The translations under genes and the position numbers were made by a program. A stretch of 64,000 bases of DNA from Eledone cirrhosa. Lineage: Eukaryota. The notes beneath the pieces were generated by a model. It was not told the origin of the DNA. It made no database searches and worked only from the letters and a program-made list of their open reading frames with translations. Shown here piece by piece: positions 40,601 through 54,365 of the stretch. Location of the stretch: positions 60,202,001 to 60,266,000 of the forward strand of contig OZ024745.1 of assembly GCA_964016885.1 (NCBI GenBank), written 5' to 3'. Positions within the stretch are counted from its first letter, which is position 1, and each line of letters starts with the position of its first letter.

Positions 40601-43600
40601 GAACCTCGACTTGGAGTGAGAACCTCGACTTGGAGTGAAAACCTCGACTTGGAGTGAGAACCTCGACTTGGAGTGAGAACCTCGACTTGGAGTGTAAACT
40701 GCGACTCTGAGTTAAAACCTCGACTTGGAGTGAGAACCTCGACTTGGAGTGAAAACCTCGACTTGGAGTGAGAACCTCGACTTGGAGTGAAAACCTCGAC
40801 TTGGAGTGAGAACCTCGACTTGGAGTGAAAACTTCGACTTGGAGTGAGAACCTCGACTTGGAGTGAAAACCTCGACTTGGAGTGAAAACCTCGACTTGGA
40901 GTGAGAACCTCGACTTGGAGTGAGAACCTCGACTTGGAGTGAGAACCTCGACTTGGAGTGAGAACCTCGACTTGGAGTGTAAACCTCGACTTGGAGTGTA
41001 AACCTCGACTTGGAGTGAAAACCTCGACTTGGAGTGAGAACCTCGACTTGGGGTGAAAACCTCGACTTGGAGTGAGAACCTCTACTTGGAGTGAAAACCT
41101 CGACTTGGAGTGTAAACTGCGACTTGGAGTGAGAACCTCGACTTGGAGTGAAAACCTCGACTTGGAGTGTAAACTGCGACTTGGAGTGTAAACTGCGACT
41201 TGGAGTGTAATGTACAACTTGGAGCATAATGTACAACTTGGAGCATAATGTACGACTTGGAGCATAATGTACGACTTAGAGTGTAATGTAGGACTTAGAG
41301 TGTAATGTAGGACTTAGAGTGTAATGTAGGACTTAGAGTGTAATGTAGGACTTAGAGTGTAAGGTAGGACTTAGAGTGTAATGTAGGACTAGGAGCATAA
41401 TGTAGGACTAGGAGCATAATGTACGACTTGGAGTGTAATGTAGGACTTGGAGTGTAATGTAGGACTTGGAGTGTAAACTGCGAGTTGGAATATAAATTGC
41501 GACTTGGATTGTAAACCTTGACTTGCAGTGTATTGAACAACTTGGGGTGTATACTGCGGCTTGGAGTGTAAACTGCGGCTCCGAATATAAACTACGACTT
41601 GCAGTGTCATATATGACTCTGAGTGAAAACCTCGACTTGGAGTGAGAACCTCGACTTGGAGTGAAAACCTCGACTTGGAGTGAGAACCTCGACTTGGAGT
41701 GAAAACCTCGACTTGGAGTGAGAACCTCGACTTGGAGTGAGAACCTCGACTTGGAGTGAAAACCTCGACTTGGAGTGAGAACCTCGACTTGGAGTGAGAA
41801 CCTCGACTTGGAGTGAGAACCTCGACTTGGAGTGAAAACCTCGACTTGGAGTGAGAACCTCGACTTGGAGTGAGAACCTCGACTTGGAGTGAGAACCTCG
41901 ACTTGGCGTGAAAACCTCGACTTGGATTGAGAACCTCGACTTGGAGTGAGAACCTCGACTTGGAGTGAAAACCTCGACTTGGAGTGAAAACTTCGACTTG
42001 GAGTGAAAACCTCGACTTGGAGTGAAAACTTCGACTTGGAGTGAGAACCTCGACTTGGAGTGAGAACCTCGACTTGGAGTGAAAACCTCGACTTGGAGTG
42101 AGAACCTCGACTTGGAGTGAAAACCTCGACTTGGAGTGAAAACCTCGACTTGGAGTGAGAACCTCGACTTGGAGTAAGAACCTCGACTTGGAGTGAGAAC
42201 CTCGACTTGGAGTGAGAACCTCGACTTGGAGTGAGAACCTCGACTTTGAGTGAAAACCTCGACTTGGAGAGAGAACCTCGACTTGGAGTGAGAACCTCGA
42301 CTTTGAGTGAAAGCCTCGACTTGGAGTGAGAACCTCGACTTGGAGTGAGAACCTCGACTTGGAGTGAGAACCTCGACTTGGAGTGAAAACCTCGACTTGG
42401 AGTGAGAACCTCGACTTGGAGTGAAAACCTCGACTTGGAGTGAGAACCTCGACTTGGAGTGAGAACCTCGACTTGGAGTGAGAACCTCGACTTGGAGTGA
42501 AAACCTCGACTTGGAGTGAGAACCTCGACTTGGAGTGAGAACCTCGACTTTGAGTGAAAACCTCGACTTGGAGAGAGAACCTCGACTTGGAGTGAGAACC
42601 TCGACTTTCAGTGAAAACCTCGACTTGGAGTGAGAACCTCGACTTTGAGTGAAAACCTCGACTTGGAGTGAGAACCTCGACTTGGAGTGAAAACCTCGAC
42701 TTGGAGTGAAAACCTCGACTTGGAGTGAGAACCTCGACTTGGAGTGGAAACCTCGACTTGGAGTGAAAACCTCGACTTGGAGTGAGAACCTCGACTTGGA
42801 GTGAAAACCTCGACTTGGTGTGAGAACCTCGACTTGGAGTGAGAACCTCGACTTGGAGTGAAAACCTCGACTTGGAGTGAGAACCTCGACTTGGAGTGAA
42901 AACCTCGACTTGGTGTGAGAACCTCGACTTGGAGTGAGAACCTCGACTTGGAGTGAGAACCTCGACTTGGAGTGAAAACCTCGACTTGGAGTGAGAACCT
43001 CGACTTGGAGTGAGAACCTCGACTTGGAGTGAGAACCTCGACTTGGAGTGAGAACTTCGACTTGGAGTGTAAACTGCGACTCTGAGTGAAAACCTCGACT
43101 TGGAGTGAGAACCTCGACTTGGAGTGAAAACCTCGACTTGGAGTGAGAACCTCGACTTGGAGTGAAAACCTCGACTTGGAGTGAGAACCTCGACTTGGAG
43201 TGAAAACCTCGACTTGGAGTGAGAACCTCGACTTGGAGTGAAAACCTCGACTTGGAGTGAGAACCTCGACTTGGAGTGAAAACCTCGACTTGGAGTGAGA
43301 ACCTCGACTTGGAGTGAAAACCTCGACTTGGAGTGAAAACCTCGACTTGGAGTGAGAACCTCGACTTGGAGTGAAAACCTCGACTTGGAGTGAAAACCTC
43401 GACTTGGAGTGAGAACCTCGACTTGGAGTGGAAACCTGGACTTGGAGTGAAAACCTCGACTTGGAGTGAGAACCTCGACTTGGAGTGAAAACCTCGACTT
43501 GGAGTGAGAACCTCGACTTGGAGTGAAAACCTCGACTTGGAGTGAAAACCTCGACTTGGAGTGAGAATATCGACTTGGAGTGAAAACTTCGACTTGGAGT

Positions 43601-45000
43601 GAGAACCTCGACTTGGAGTGAGAACCTCGACTTGGAGTGAAAACCTCGACTTGGAGTGAGAACCTCGACTTGGAGTGAAAACCTCGACTTGGAGTGAGAA
43701 CCTCGACTTGGAGTGAGAACCTCGACTTGGAGTGAGAACCTCGACTTGGAGTGAAAACCTCGACTTGGAGTGAGAACCTCGACTTGGAGTGAGAACCTCG
43801 ACTTTGAGTGAAAACCTCGACTTGGAGAGAGAACCTCGACTTGGAGTGAGAACCTCGACTTTCAGTGAAAACCTCGACTTGGAGTGAGAACCTCGACTTT
43901 GAGTGAAAACCTCGACTTGGAGTGAGAACCTCGACTTGGAGTGAAAACCTCGACTTGGAGTGAAAACCTCGACTTGGAGTGAGAACCTCGACTTGGAGTG
44001 GAAACCTCGACTTGGAGTGAAAACCTCGACTTGGAGTGAGAACCTCGACTTGGAGTGAAAACCTCGACTTGGTGTGAGAACCTCGACTTGGAGTGAGAAC
44101 CTCGACTTGGAGTGAAAACCTCGACTTGGAGTGAGAACCTCGACTTGGAGTGAAAACCTCGACTTGGTGTGAGAACCTCGACTTGGAGTGAGAACCTCGA
44201 CTTGGAGTGAGAACCTCGACTTGGAGTGAAAACCTCGACTTGGAGTGGAAACCTCGACTTGGAGTGAAAACCTCGACTTGGAGTGAGAACCTCGACTTGG
44301 AGTGAAAACCTCGACTTGGTGTGAGAACCTCGACTTGGAGTGAGAACCTCGACTTGGAGTGAAAACCTCGACTTGGAGTGAGAACCTCGACTTGGAGTGA
44401 AAACCTCGACTTGGAGTGAGAACCTCGACTTGGAGTGAAAACCTCGACTTGGAGTGAGAACCTCGACTTGGAGTGAAAACCTCGACTTGGAGTGAGAACC
44501 TCGACTTGGAGTGAAAACCTCGACTTGGAGTGAGAACCTCGACTTGGAGTGAAAACCTCGACTTGGAGTGAGAACCTCGACTTGGGGTGAAAACCTCGAC
44601 TTGGAGTGAGAACCTCGACTTGGAGTGAAAACCTCGACTTGGAGTGAAAACCTCGACTTGGAGTGAAAACCTCGACTTGGAGTGAGAACCTCGACTTGGA
44701 GTGAAAACCTCGACTTGGAGTGAAAACCTCGACTTGGAGTGAGAACCTCGACTTGGAGTGAGAACCTCGACTTGGAGTGAGAACCTCGACTTGGAGTGAG
44801 AACCTCGACTTGGAGTGTAAACCTCGACTTGGAGTGAAAACCTCGACTTAGAGTGAAAACCTCGACTTGGAGTGAAAACCTCGACTTGGAGTGAAAACCT
44901 CGACTTGGAGTGAGAACCTCGACTTGGAGTAAGAACCTCGACTTGGAGTGAGAACCTCGACTTGGAGTGAGAACCTCGACTTGGAGTGAGAACCTCGACT
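28690..45000 (+). repeat. Three copies of a ~3-kb variant-marked satellite block (~28.7-31.8, ~34.3-37.4, ~41.9-45.0 kb)
   Basis: Rare variants ttggCgtg (28702, 34307, 41907) and gagaATATcg (30361, 35966, 43566) recur at offsets of 5605 and 7600 bp (295 and 400 monomers). Confidence 0.88.
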
Positions 45001-48000
45001 TTCAGTGAAAACCTCGACTTGGAGTGAGAACCTCGACTTTGAGTGAAAACCTCGACTTGGAGTGAGAACCTCGACTTGGAGTGAAAACCTCGACTTGGAG
45101 TGAAAACCTCGACTTGGAGTGAGAACCTCGACTTGGAGTGGAAACCTCGACTTGGAGTGAAAACCTCGACTTGGAGTGAGAACCTCGACTTGGAGTGAAA
45201 ACCTCGACTTGGTGTGAGAACCTCGACTTGGAGTGAGAACCTCGACTTGGAGTGAAAACCTCGACTTGGAGTGAAAACCTCGACTTGGAGTGAAAACCTC
45301 GACTTGGAGTGAGAACCTCGACTTGGAGTGAGAACCTCGACTTGGAGTGAGAACCTCGACTTGGAGTGAAAACCTCGACTTGGAGTGAGAACCTCGACTT
45401 GGAGTGAGAACCTCGACTTGGAGTGAGAACCTCGACTTGGAGTGAGAACTTCGACTTGGAGTGTAAACTGCGACTCTGAGTGAAAACCTCGACTTGGAGT
45501 GAGAACCTCGACTTGGAGTGAAAACCTCGACTTGGAGTGAGAACCTCGACTTGGAGTGAAAACCTCGACTTGGAGTGAGAACCTCGACTTGGAGTGAAAA
45601 CCTCGACTTGGAGTGAGAACCTCGACTTGGAGTGAAAACCTCGACTTGGAGTGAGAACCTCGACTTGGAGTGAAAACCTCGACTTGGAGTGAGAACCTCG
45701 ACTTGGAGTGAAAACCTCGACTTGGAGTGAGAACCTCGACTTGGGGTGAAAACCTCGACTTGGAGTGAGAACCTCGACTTGGAGTGAAAACCTCGACTTG
45801 GAGTGAAAACCTCGACTTGGAGTGAAAACCTCGACTTGGAGTGAGAACCTCGACTTGGAGTGAAAACCTCGACTTGGAGTGAAAACCTCGACTTGGAGTG
45901 AGAACCTCGACTTGGAGTGAGAACCTCGACTTGGAGTGTAAACCTCGACTTGGAGTGTAAACCTCGACTTGGAGTGAAAACCTCGACTTGGAGTGAAAAC
46001 CTCGACTTAGAGTGAAAACCTCGACTTGGAGTGAAAACCTCGACTTAGAGTGAAAACCTCGACTTAGAGTGAAAACCTCGACTTGGAGTGAAAACCTCGA
46101 CTTGGAGTGAAAACCTCGACTTGGAGTGAGAACCTCGACTTGGAGTGAAAACCTCGACTTGGAGTGAAAACCTCGACTTGGAGTGAGAACCTCGACTTGG
46201 AGTGAGAACCTCGACTTGGAGTGAAAACCTCGACTTGGAGTGAAAACCTCGACTTGGAGTGAAAACCTCGACTTGGAGTGAAAACCTCGACTTGGAGTGA
46301 GAACCTCGACTTGGAGTGAAAACCTCGACTTGGAGTGAAAACCTCGACTTGGAGTGAAAACCTCGACTTGGAGTGAGAACCTCGACTTGGAGTGAGAACC
46401 TCGACTTGGAGTGAAAACCTCGACTTGGAGTGAGAACCTCGACTTGGAGTGAGAACCTCGACTTGGAGTGAAAACCTCGACTTGGAGTGAGAACCTCTAC
46501 TTGGAGTGAAAACCTCGACTTGGTGTGTAAACTGCGACTTGGAGTGAGAACCTCGACTTGGAGTGAAAACCTCGACTTGGAGTGTAAACTGCGACTTGGA
46601 GTGTAAACTGCGACTTGGAGTGTAATGTACAACTTGGAGCATAATGTACAACTTGGAGCATAATGTACGACTTGGAGCATAATGTACGACTTAGAGTGTA
46701 ATGTAGGACTTAGAGTGTAATGTAGGACTTAGAGTGTAATGTAGGACTTAGAGTGTAATGTAGGACTAGGAGCATAATGTAGGACTAGGAGCATAATGTA
46801 CGACTTGGAGTGTAATGTAGGACTTGGAGTGTAATGTAGGACTTGGAGTGTAAACTGCGAGTTGGAATATAAATTGCGACTTGGATTGTAAACCTTGACT
46901 TGCAGTGTATTGAACAACTTGGGGTGTATACTGCGGCTTGGAGTGTAAACTGCGGCTCCGAATATAAACTACGACTTGCAGTGTCATATATGACTCTGAG
47001 TGAAAACCTCGACTTGGAGTGAGAACCTCGACTTGGAGTGAAAACCTCGACTTGGAGTGAGAACTTCGACTTGGAGTGAAAACCTCGACTTGGAGTGAGA
47101 ACCTCGACTTGGAGTGAAAACCTCGACTTGGAGTGAGAACCTCGACTTGGAGTGAAAACCTCGACTTGGAGTGAGAACCTCGACTTGGAGTGAAAACCTC
47201 GACTTGGAGTGAGAACCTCGACTTGGAGTGAGAACCTCGACTTGGAGTGAGAACCTCGACTTGGAGTGAGAACCTCGACTTGGAGTGAGAACCTGGGCTT
47301 GGAGTGAGAACCTCGACTTGGAGTGTAAACTGCGACTCTGAGTGAAAACCTCGACTTGGAGTGAGAACCTCGACTTGGAGTGAAAACCTCGACTTGGAGT
47401 GAGAACCTCGACTTGGAGTGAGAACCTCGACTTGGAGTGAAAACCTCGACTTGGAGTGAGAACCTCGACTTGGAGTGAAAACCTCGACTTGGAGTGAGAA
47501 CCTCGACTTGGAGTGAGAACCTCGACTTGGAGTGAGAACCTCGACTTGGAGTGAAAACCTCGACTTGGAGTGAGAACCTCGACTTGGAGTGAGAACCTCG
47601 ACTTGGAGTGTAAACTGCGACTCTGAGTTAAAACCTCGACTTGGAGTGAGAACCTCGACTTGGAGTGAAAACCTCGACTTGGAGTGAGAACCTCGACTTG
47701 GAGTGAAAACTTCGACTTGGAGTGAGAACCTCGACTTGGAGTGAAAACCTCGACTTGGAGTGAAAACCTCGACTTGGAGTGAGAACCTCGACTTGGAGTG
47801 AGAACCTCGACTTGGAGTGAAAACCTCGACTTGGAGTGAGAACCTCGACTTGGAGTGTAAACCTCGACTTGGAGTGTAAACCTCGACTTGGAGTGAAAAC
47901 CTCGACTTGGAGTGAGAACCTCGACTTGGAGTGAAAACCTCGACTTGGAGTGAGAACCTCTACTTGGAGTGAAAACCTCGACTTGGAGTGTAAACTGCGA

Positions 48001-48151
48001 CTTGGAGTGAGAACCTCGACTTGGAGTGAAAACCTCGACTTGGAGTGTAAACTGCGACTTGGAGTGTAAACTGCGACTTGGAGTGTAATGTACAACTTGG
48101 AGCATAATGTACAACTTGGAGCATAATGTACGACTTGGAGCATAATGTACG

Positions 48152-48455
48152 ACTTAGAGTGTAATGTAGGACTTAGAGTGTAATGTAGGACTTAGAGTGT
48201 AATGTAGGACTTAGAGTGTAATGTAGGACTTAGAGTGTAAGGTAGGACTTAGAGTGTAATGTAGGACTTAGAGTGTAAGGTAGGACTTAGAGTGTAATGT
48301 AGGACTTAGAGTGTAATGTAGGACTTAGAGTGTAATGTAGGACTTAGAGTGTAATGTAGGACTTAGAGTGTAATGTAGGACTTAGAGTGTAATGTAGGAC
48401 TTAGAGTGTAATGTAGGACTTAGAGTGTAAGGTAGGACTTAGAGTGTAATGTAGG
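48152..48455 (+). repeat. Locally expanded run of the cassette sub-monomer acttagagtgtaa(t/g)gtagg, 16 copies
   Basis: The run is 304 bp = 16 x 19. Other Domain A cassettes have about 4-6 copies. Confidence 0.92.
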
Positions 48456-50602
48456 ACTAGGAGCATAATGTAGGACTAGGAGCATAATGTACGACTTGGA
48501 GTGTAATGTAGGACTTGGAGTGTAATGTAGGACTTGGAGTGTAAACTGCGAGTTGGAATATAAATTGCGACTTGGATTGTAAACCTTGACTTGCAGTGTA
48601 TTGAACAACTTGGGGTGTATACTGCGGCTTGGAGTGTAAACTGCGGCTCCGAATATAAACTACGACTTGCAGTGTCATATATGACTCTGAGTGAAAACCT
48701 CGACTTGGAGTGAGAACCTCGACTTGGAGTGAAAACCTCGACTTGGAGTGAGAACTTCGACTTGGAGTGAAAACCTCGACTTGGAGTGAGAACCTCGACT
48801 TGGAGTGAAAACCTCGACTTGGAGTGAGAACCTCGACTTGGAGTGAAAACCTCTACTTGGAGTGAGAACCTCGACTTGGAGTGAAAACCTCGACTTGGAG
48901 TGAGAACCTCGACTTGGAGTGAGAACCTCGACTTGGAGTGAGAACCTCGACTTGGAGTGAGAACCTCGACTTGGAGTGAGAACCTCGACTTGGAGTGAGA
49001 ACCTGGGCTTGGAGTGAGAACCTCGACTTGGAGTGTAAACTGCGACTCTGAGTGAAAACCTCGACTTGGAGTGAGAACCTCGACTTGGAGTGAAAACCTC
49101 GACTTGGAGTGAGAACCTCGACTTGGAGTGAGAACCTCGACTTGGAGTGAAAACCTCGACTTGGAGTGAGAACCTCGACTTGGAGTGAAAACCTCGACTT
49201 GGAGTGAGAACCTCGACTTGGAGTGAGAACCTCGACTTGGAGTGAGAACCTCGACTTGGAGTGAAAACCTCGACTTGGAGTGAGAACCTCGACTTGGAGT
49301 GAGAACCTCGACTTGGAGTGTAAACTGCGACTCTGAGTTAAAACCTCGACTTGGAGTGAGAACCTCGACTTGGAGTGAAAACCTCGACTTGGAGTGAAAA
49401 CCTCGACTTGGAGTGAAAACCTCGACTTGGAGTGAGAACCTCGACTTGGAGTGAAAACCTCGACTTGGAGTGAAAACCTCGACTTGGAGTGAAAACCTCG
49501 ACTTGGAGTGAGAACCTCGACTTGGAGTGAGAACCTCGACTTGGAGTGAAAACCTCGACTTGGAGTGAGAACCTCGACTTGGAGTGAGAACCTCGACTTG
49601 GAGTGAAAACCTCGACTTGGAGTGAGAACCTCTACTTGGAGTGAAAACCTCGACTTGGTGTGTAAACTGCGACTTGGAGTGAGAACCTCGACTTGGAGTG
49701 AAAACCTCGACTTGGAGTGTAAACTGCGACTTGGAGTGTAAACTGCGACTTGGAGTGTAAACTGCGACTCTGAGTTAAAACCTCGACTTGGAGTGAGAAC
49801 CTCGACTTGGAGTGAAAACCTCGACTTGGAGTGAGAACCTCGACTTGGAGTGAAAACCTCGACTTGGAGTGAGAACCTCGACTTGGAGTGAAAACTTCGA
49901 CTTGGAGTGAGAACCTCGACTTGGAGTGAAAACCTCGACTTGGAGTGAAAACCTCGACTTGGAGTGAGAACCTCGACTTGGAGTGAGAACCTCGACTTGG
50001 AGTGAGAACCTCGACTTGGAGTGAGAACCTCGACTTGGAGTGTAAACCTCGACTTGGAGTGTAAACCTCGACTTGGAGTGAAAACCTCGACTTGGAGTGA
50101 GAACCTCGACTTGGAGTGAAAACCTCGACTTGGAGTGAGAACCTCTACTTGGAGTGAAAACCTCGACTTGGAGTGTAAACTGCGACTTGGAGTGAGAACC
50201 TCGACTTGGAGTGAAAACCTCGACTTGGAGTGTAAACTGCGACTTGGAGTGTAAACTGCGACTTGGAGTGTAATGTACAACTTGGAGCATAATGTACAAC
50301 TTGGAGCATAATGTACGACTTGGAGCATAATGTACGACTTAGAGTGTAATGTAGGACTTAGAGTGTAATGTAGGACTTAGAGTGTAATGTAGGACTTAGA
50401 GTGTAATGTAGGACTTAGAGTGTAAGGTAGGACTTAGAGTGTAATGTAGGACTAGGAGCATAATGTAGGACTAGGAGCATAATGTACGACTTGGAGTGTA
50501 ATGTAGGACTTGGAGTGTAATGTAGGACTTGGAGTGTAAACTGCGAGTTGGAATATAAATTGCGACTTGGATTGTAAACCTTGACTTGCAGTGTATTGAA
50601 CA

Positions 50603-53600
50603 ACTTGGGGTGTATACTGCGGCTTGGAGTGTAAACTGCGGCTCCGAATATAAACTACGACTTGCAGTGTCATATATGACTCTGAGTGAAAACCTCGACT
50701 TGGAGTGAGAACCTCGACTTGGAGTGAAAACCTCGACTTGGAGTGAGAACTTCGACTTGGAGTGAAAACCTCGACTTGGAGTGAGAACCTCGACTTGGAG
50801 TGAAAACCTCGACTTGGAGTGAGAACCTCGACTTGGAGTGAAAACCTCTACTTGGAGTGAGAACCTCGACTTGGAGTGAAAACCTCGACTTGGAGTGAGA
50901 ACCTCGACTTGGAGTGAGAACCTCGACTTGGAGTGAGAACCTCGACTTGGAGTGAGAACCTCGACTTGGAGTGAGAACCTGGGCTTGGAGTGAGAACCTC
51001 GACTTGGAGTGTAAACTGCGACTCTGAGTGAAAACCTCGACTTGGAGTGAGAACCTCGACTTGGAGTGAAAACCTCGACTTGGAGTGAGAAACTCGACTT
51101 GGAGTGAGAACCTCGACTTGGAGTGAAAACCTCGACTTGGAGTGAGAACCTCGACTTGGAGTGAAAACCTCGACTTGGAGTGAGAACCTCGACTTGGAGT
51201 GAGAACCTCGACTTGGAGTGAGAACCTCGACTTGGAGTGAAAACCTCGACTTGGAGTGAGAACCTCGACTTGGAGTGAGAACCTCGACTTGGAGTGTAAA
51301 CTGCGACTCTGAGTTAAAACCTCGACTTGGAGTGAGAACCTCGACTTGGAGTGAAAACCTCGACTTGGAGTGAGAACCTCGACTTGGAGTGAAAACCTCG
51401 ACTTGGAGTGAGAACCTCGACTTGGAGTGAAAACTTCGACTTGGAGTGAGAACCTCGACTTGGAGTGAAAACCTCGACTTGGAGTGAAAACCTCGACTTG
51501 GAGTGAGAACCTCGACTTGGAGTGAGAACCTCGACTTGGAGTGAGAACCTCGACTTGGAGTGAGAACCTCGACTTGGAGTGTAAACCTCGACTTGGAGTG
51601 TAAACCTCGACTTGGAGTGAAAACCTCGACTTAGAGTGAAAACCTCGACTTGGAGTGAAAACCTCGACTTAGAGTGAAAACCTCGACTTGGAGTGAGAAC
51701 CTCGACTTGGAGTGAAAACCTCGACTTGGAGTGAGAACCTCGACTTGGAGTGAAAACCTCGACTTGGAGTGAGAACCTCGACTTGGAGTGAAAACCTCGA
51801 CTTGGAGTGAAAACCTCGACTTGGAGTGAAAACCTCGACTTGGAGTGAAAACCTCGACTTGGAGTGAGAACCTCGACTTGGAGTGAAAACCTCGACTTGG
51901 AGTGAAAACCTCGACTTGGAGTGAAAACCTCGACTTGGAGTGAGAACCTCGACTTGGAGTGAAAACCTCGACTTGGAGTGAGAACCTCGACTTGGAGTGA
52001 GAACCTCGACTTGGAGTGAAAACCTCGACTTGGAGTGAGAACCTCTACTTGGAGTGAAAACCTCGACTTTGAGTGTAAACTGCGACTTGGAGTGAAAACC
52101 TCGACTTGGAGTGTAAACTGCGACTTGGAGTGTAAACTGCGACTTGGAGTGTAAACTGCGACTTGGAGTGTAATGTACAACTTGGAGCATAATGTACGAC
52201 TTGGAGCATAATGTACGACTTAGAGTGTAATGTAGGACTTAGAGTGTAATGTAGGACTTAGAGTGTAATGTAGGACTTAGAGTGTAATGTAGGACTTAGA
52301 GTGTAAGGTAGGACTTAGAGTGTAATGTAGGACTAGGAGCATAATGTAGGACTAGGAGCATAATGTACGACTTGGAGTGTAATGTAGGACTTGGAGTGTA
52401 ATGTAGGACTTGGAGTGTAAACTGCGAGTTGGAATATAAATTGCGACTTGGATTGTAAACCTTGACTTGCAGTGTATTGAACAACTTGGGGTGTATACTG
52501 CGGCTTGGAGTGTAAACTGCGGCTCCGAATATAAACTACGACTTGCAGTGTCATATATGACTCTGAGTGAAAACCTCGACTTGGAGTGAGAACCTCGACT
52601 TGGAGTGAAAACCTCGACTTGGAGTGAGAACTTCGACTTGGAGTGAAAACCTCGACTTGGAGTGAGAACCTCGACTTGGAGTGAAAACCTCGACTTGGAG
52701 TGAGAACCTCGACTTGGAGTGAAAACCTCTACTTGGAGTGAGAACCTCGACTTGGAGTGAAAACCTCGACTTGGAGTGAGAACCTCGACTTGGAGTGAGA
52801 ACCTCGACTTGGAGTGAGAACCTCGACTTGGAGTGAGAACCTCGACTTGGAGTGAGAACCTGGGCTTGGAGTGAGAACCTCGACTTGGAGTGTAAACTGC
52901 GACTCTGAGTGAAAACCTCGACTTGGAGTGAGAACCTCGACTTGGAGTGAAAACCTCGACTTGGAGTGAGAAACTCGACTTGGAGTGAGAACCTCGACTT
53001 GGAGTGAAAACCTCGACTTGGAGTGAGAACCTCGACTTGGAGTGAAAACCTCGACTTGGAGTGAGAACCTCGACTTGGAGTGAAAACCTCGACTTGGAGT
53101 GAGAACCTCGACTTGGAGTGAAAACCTCGACTTGGAGTGAGAACCTCGACTTGGAGTGAGAACCTCGACTTGGAGTGTAAACTGCGACTCTGAGTTAAAA
53201 CCTCGACTTGGAGTGAGAACCTCGACTTGGAGTGAAAACCTCGACTTGGACTGAGAACCTCGACTTGGAGTGAAAACCTCGACTTGGAGTGAGAACCTCG
53301 ACTTGGAGTGAAAACTTCGACTTGGAGTGAGAACCTCGACTTGGAGTGAAAACCTCGACTTGGAGTGAAAACCTCGACTTGGAGTGAGAACCTCGACTTG
53401 GAGTGAGAACCTCGACTTGGAGTGAGAACCTCGACTTGGAGTGAGAACCTCGACTTGGAGTGTAAACCTCGACTTGGAGTGTAAACCTCGACTTGGAGTG
53501 AAAACCTCGACTTAGAGTGAAAACCTCGACTTGGAGTGAAAACCTCGACTTAGAGTGAAAACCTCGACTTGGAGTGAGAACCTCGACTTGGAGTGAAAAC

Positions 53601-54365
53601 CTCGACTTGGAGTGAGAACCTCGACTTGGAGTGAAAACCTCGACTTGGAGTGAGAACCTCGACTTGGAGTGAAAACCTCGACTTGGAGTGAAAACCTCGA
53701 CTTGGAGTGAAAACCTCGACTTGGAGTGAAAACCTCGACTTGGAGTGAGAACCTCGACTTGGAGTGAAAACCTCGACTTGGAGTGAAAACCTCGACTTGG
53801 AGTGAAAACCTCGACTTGGAGTGAGAACCTCGACTTGGAGTGAAAACCTCGACTTGGAGTGAGAACCTCGACTTGGAGTGAGAACCTCGACTTGGAGTGA
53901 AAACCTCGACTTGGAGTGAGAACCTCTACTTGGAGTGAAAACCTCGACTTTGAGTGTAAACTGCGACTTGGAGTGAAAACCTCGACTTGGAGTGTAAACT
54001 GCGACTTGGAGTGTAAACTGCGACTTGGAGTGTAAACTGCGACTTGGAGTGTAATGTACAACTTGGAGCATAATGTACAACTTGGAGCATAATGTACGAC
54101 TTGGAGCATAATGTACGACTTAGAGTGTAATGTAGGACTTAGAGTGTAATGTAGGACTTAGAGTGTAATGTAGGACTTAGAGTGTAAGGTAGGACTTAGA
54201 GTGTAATGTAGGACTAGGAGCATAATGTAGGACTAGGAGCATAATTTACGACTTGGAGTGTAATGTAGGACTTGGAGTGTAATGTAGGACTTGGAGTGTA
54301 AACTGCGAGTTGGAATATAAATTGCGACTTGGATTGTAAACCTTGACTTGCAGTGTATTGAACAA
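50603..54365 (+). repeat. Two near-identical 1,881-bp (99-monomer) HOR units
   Basis: Landmarks 50603, 52484 and 54365 are each 1881 apart. Shared private variants gagaAActcg (~51088, ~52969) and tttgagtgtaaactgcg (~52068, ~53949). Confidence 0.9.
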
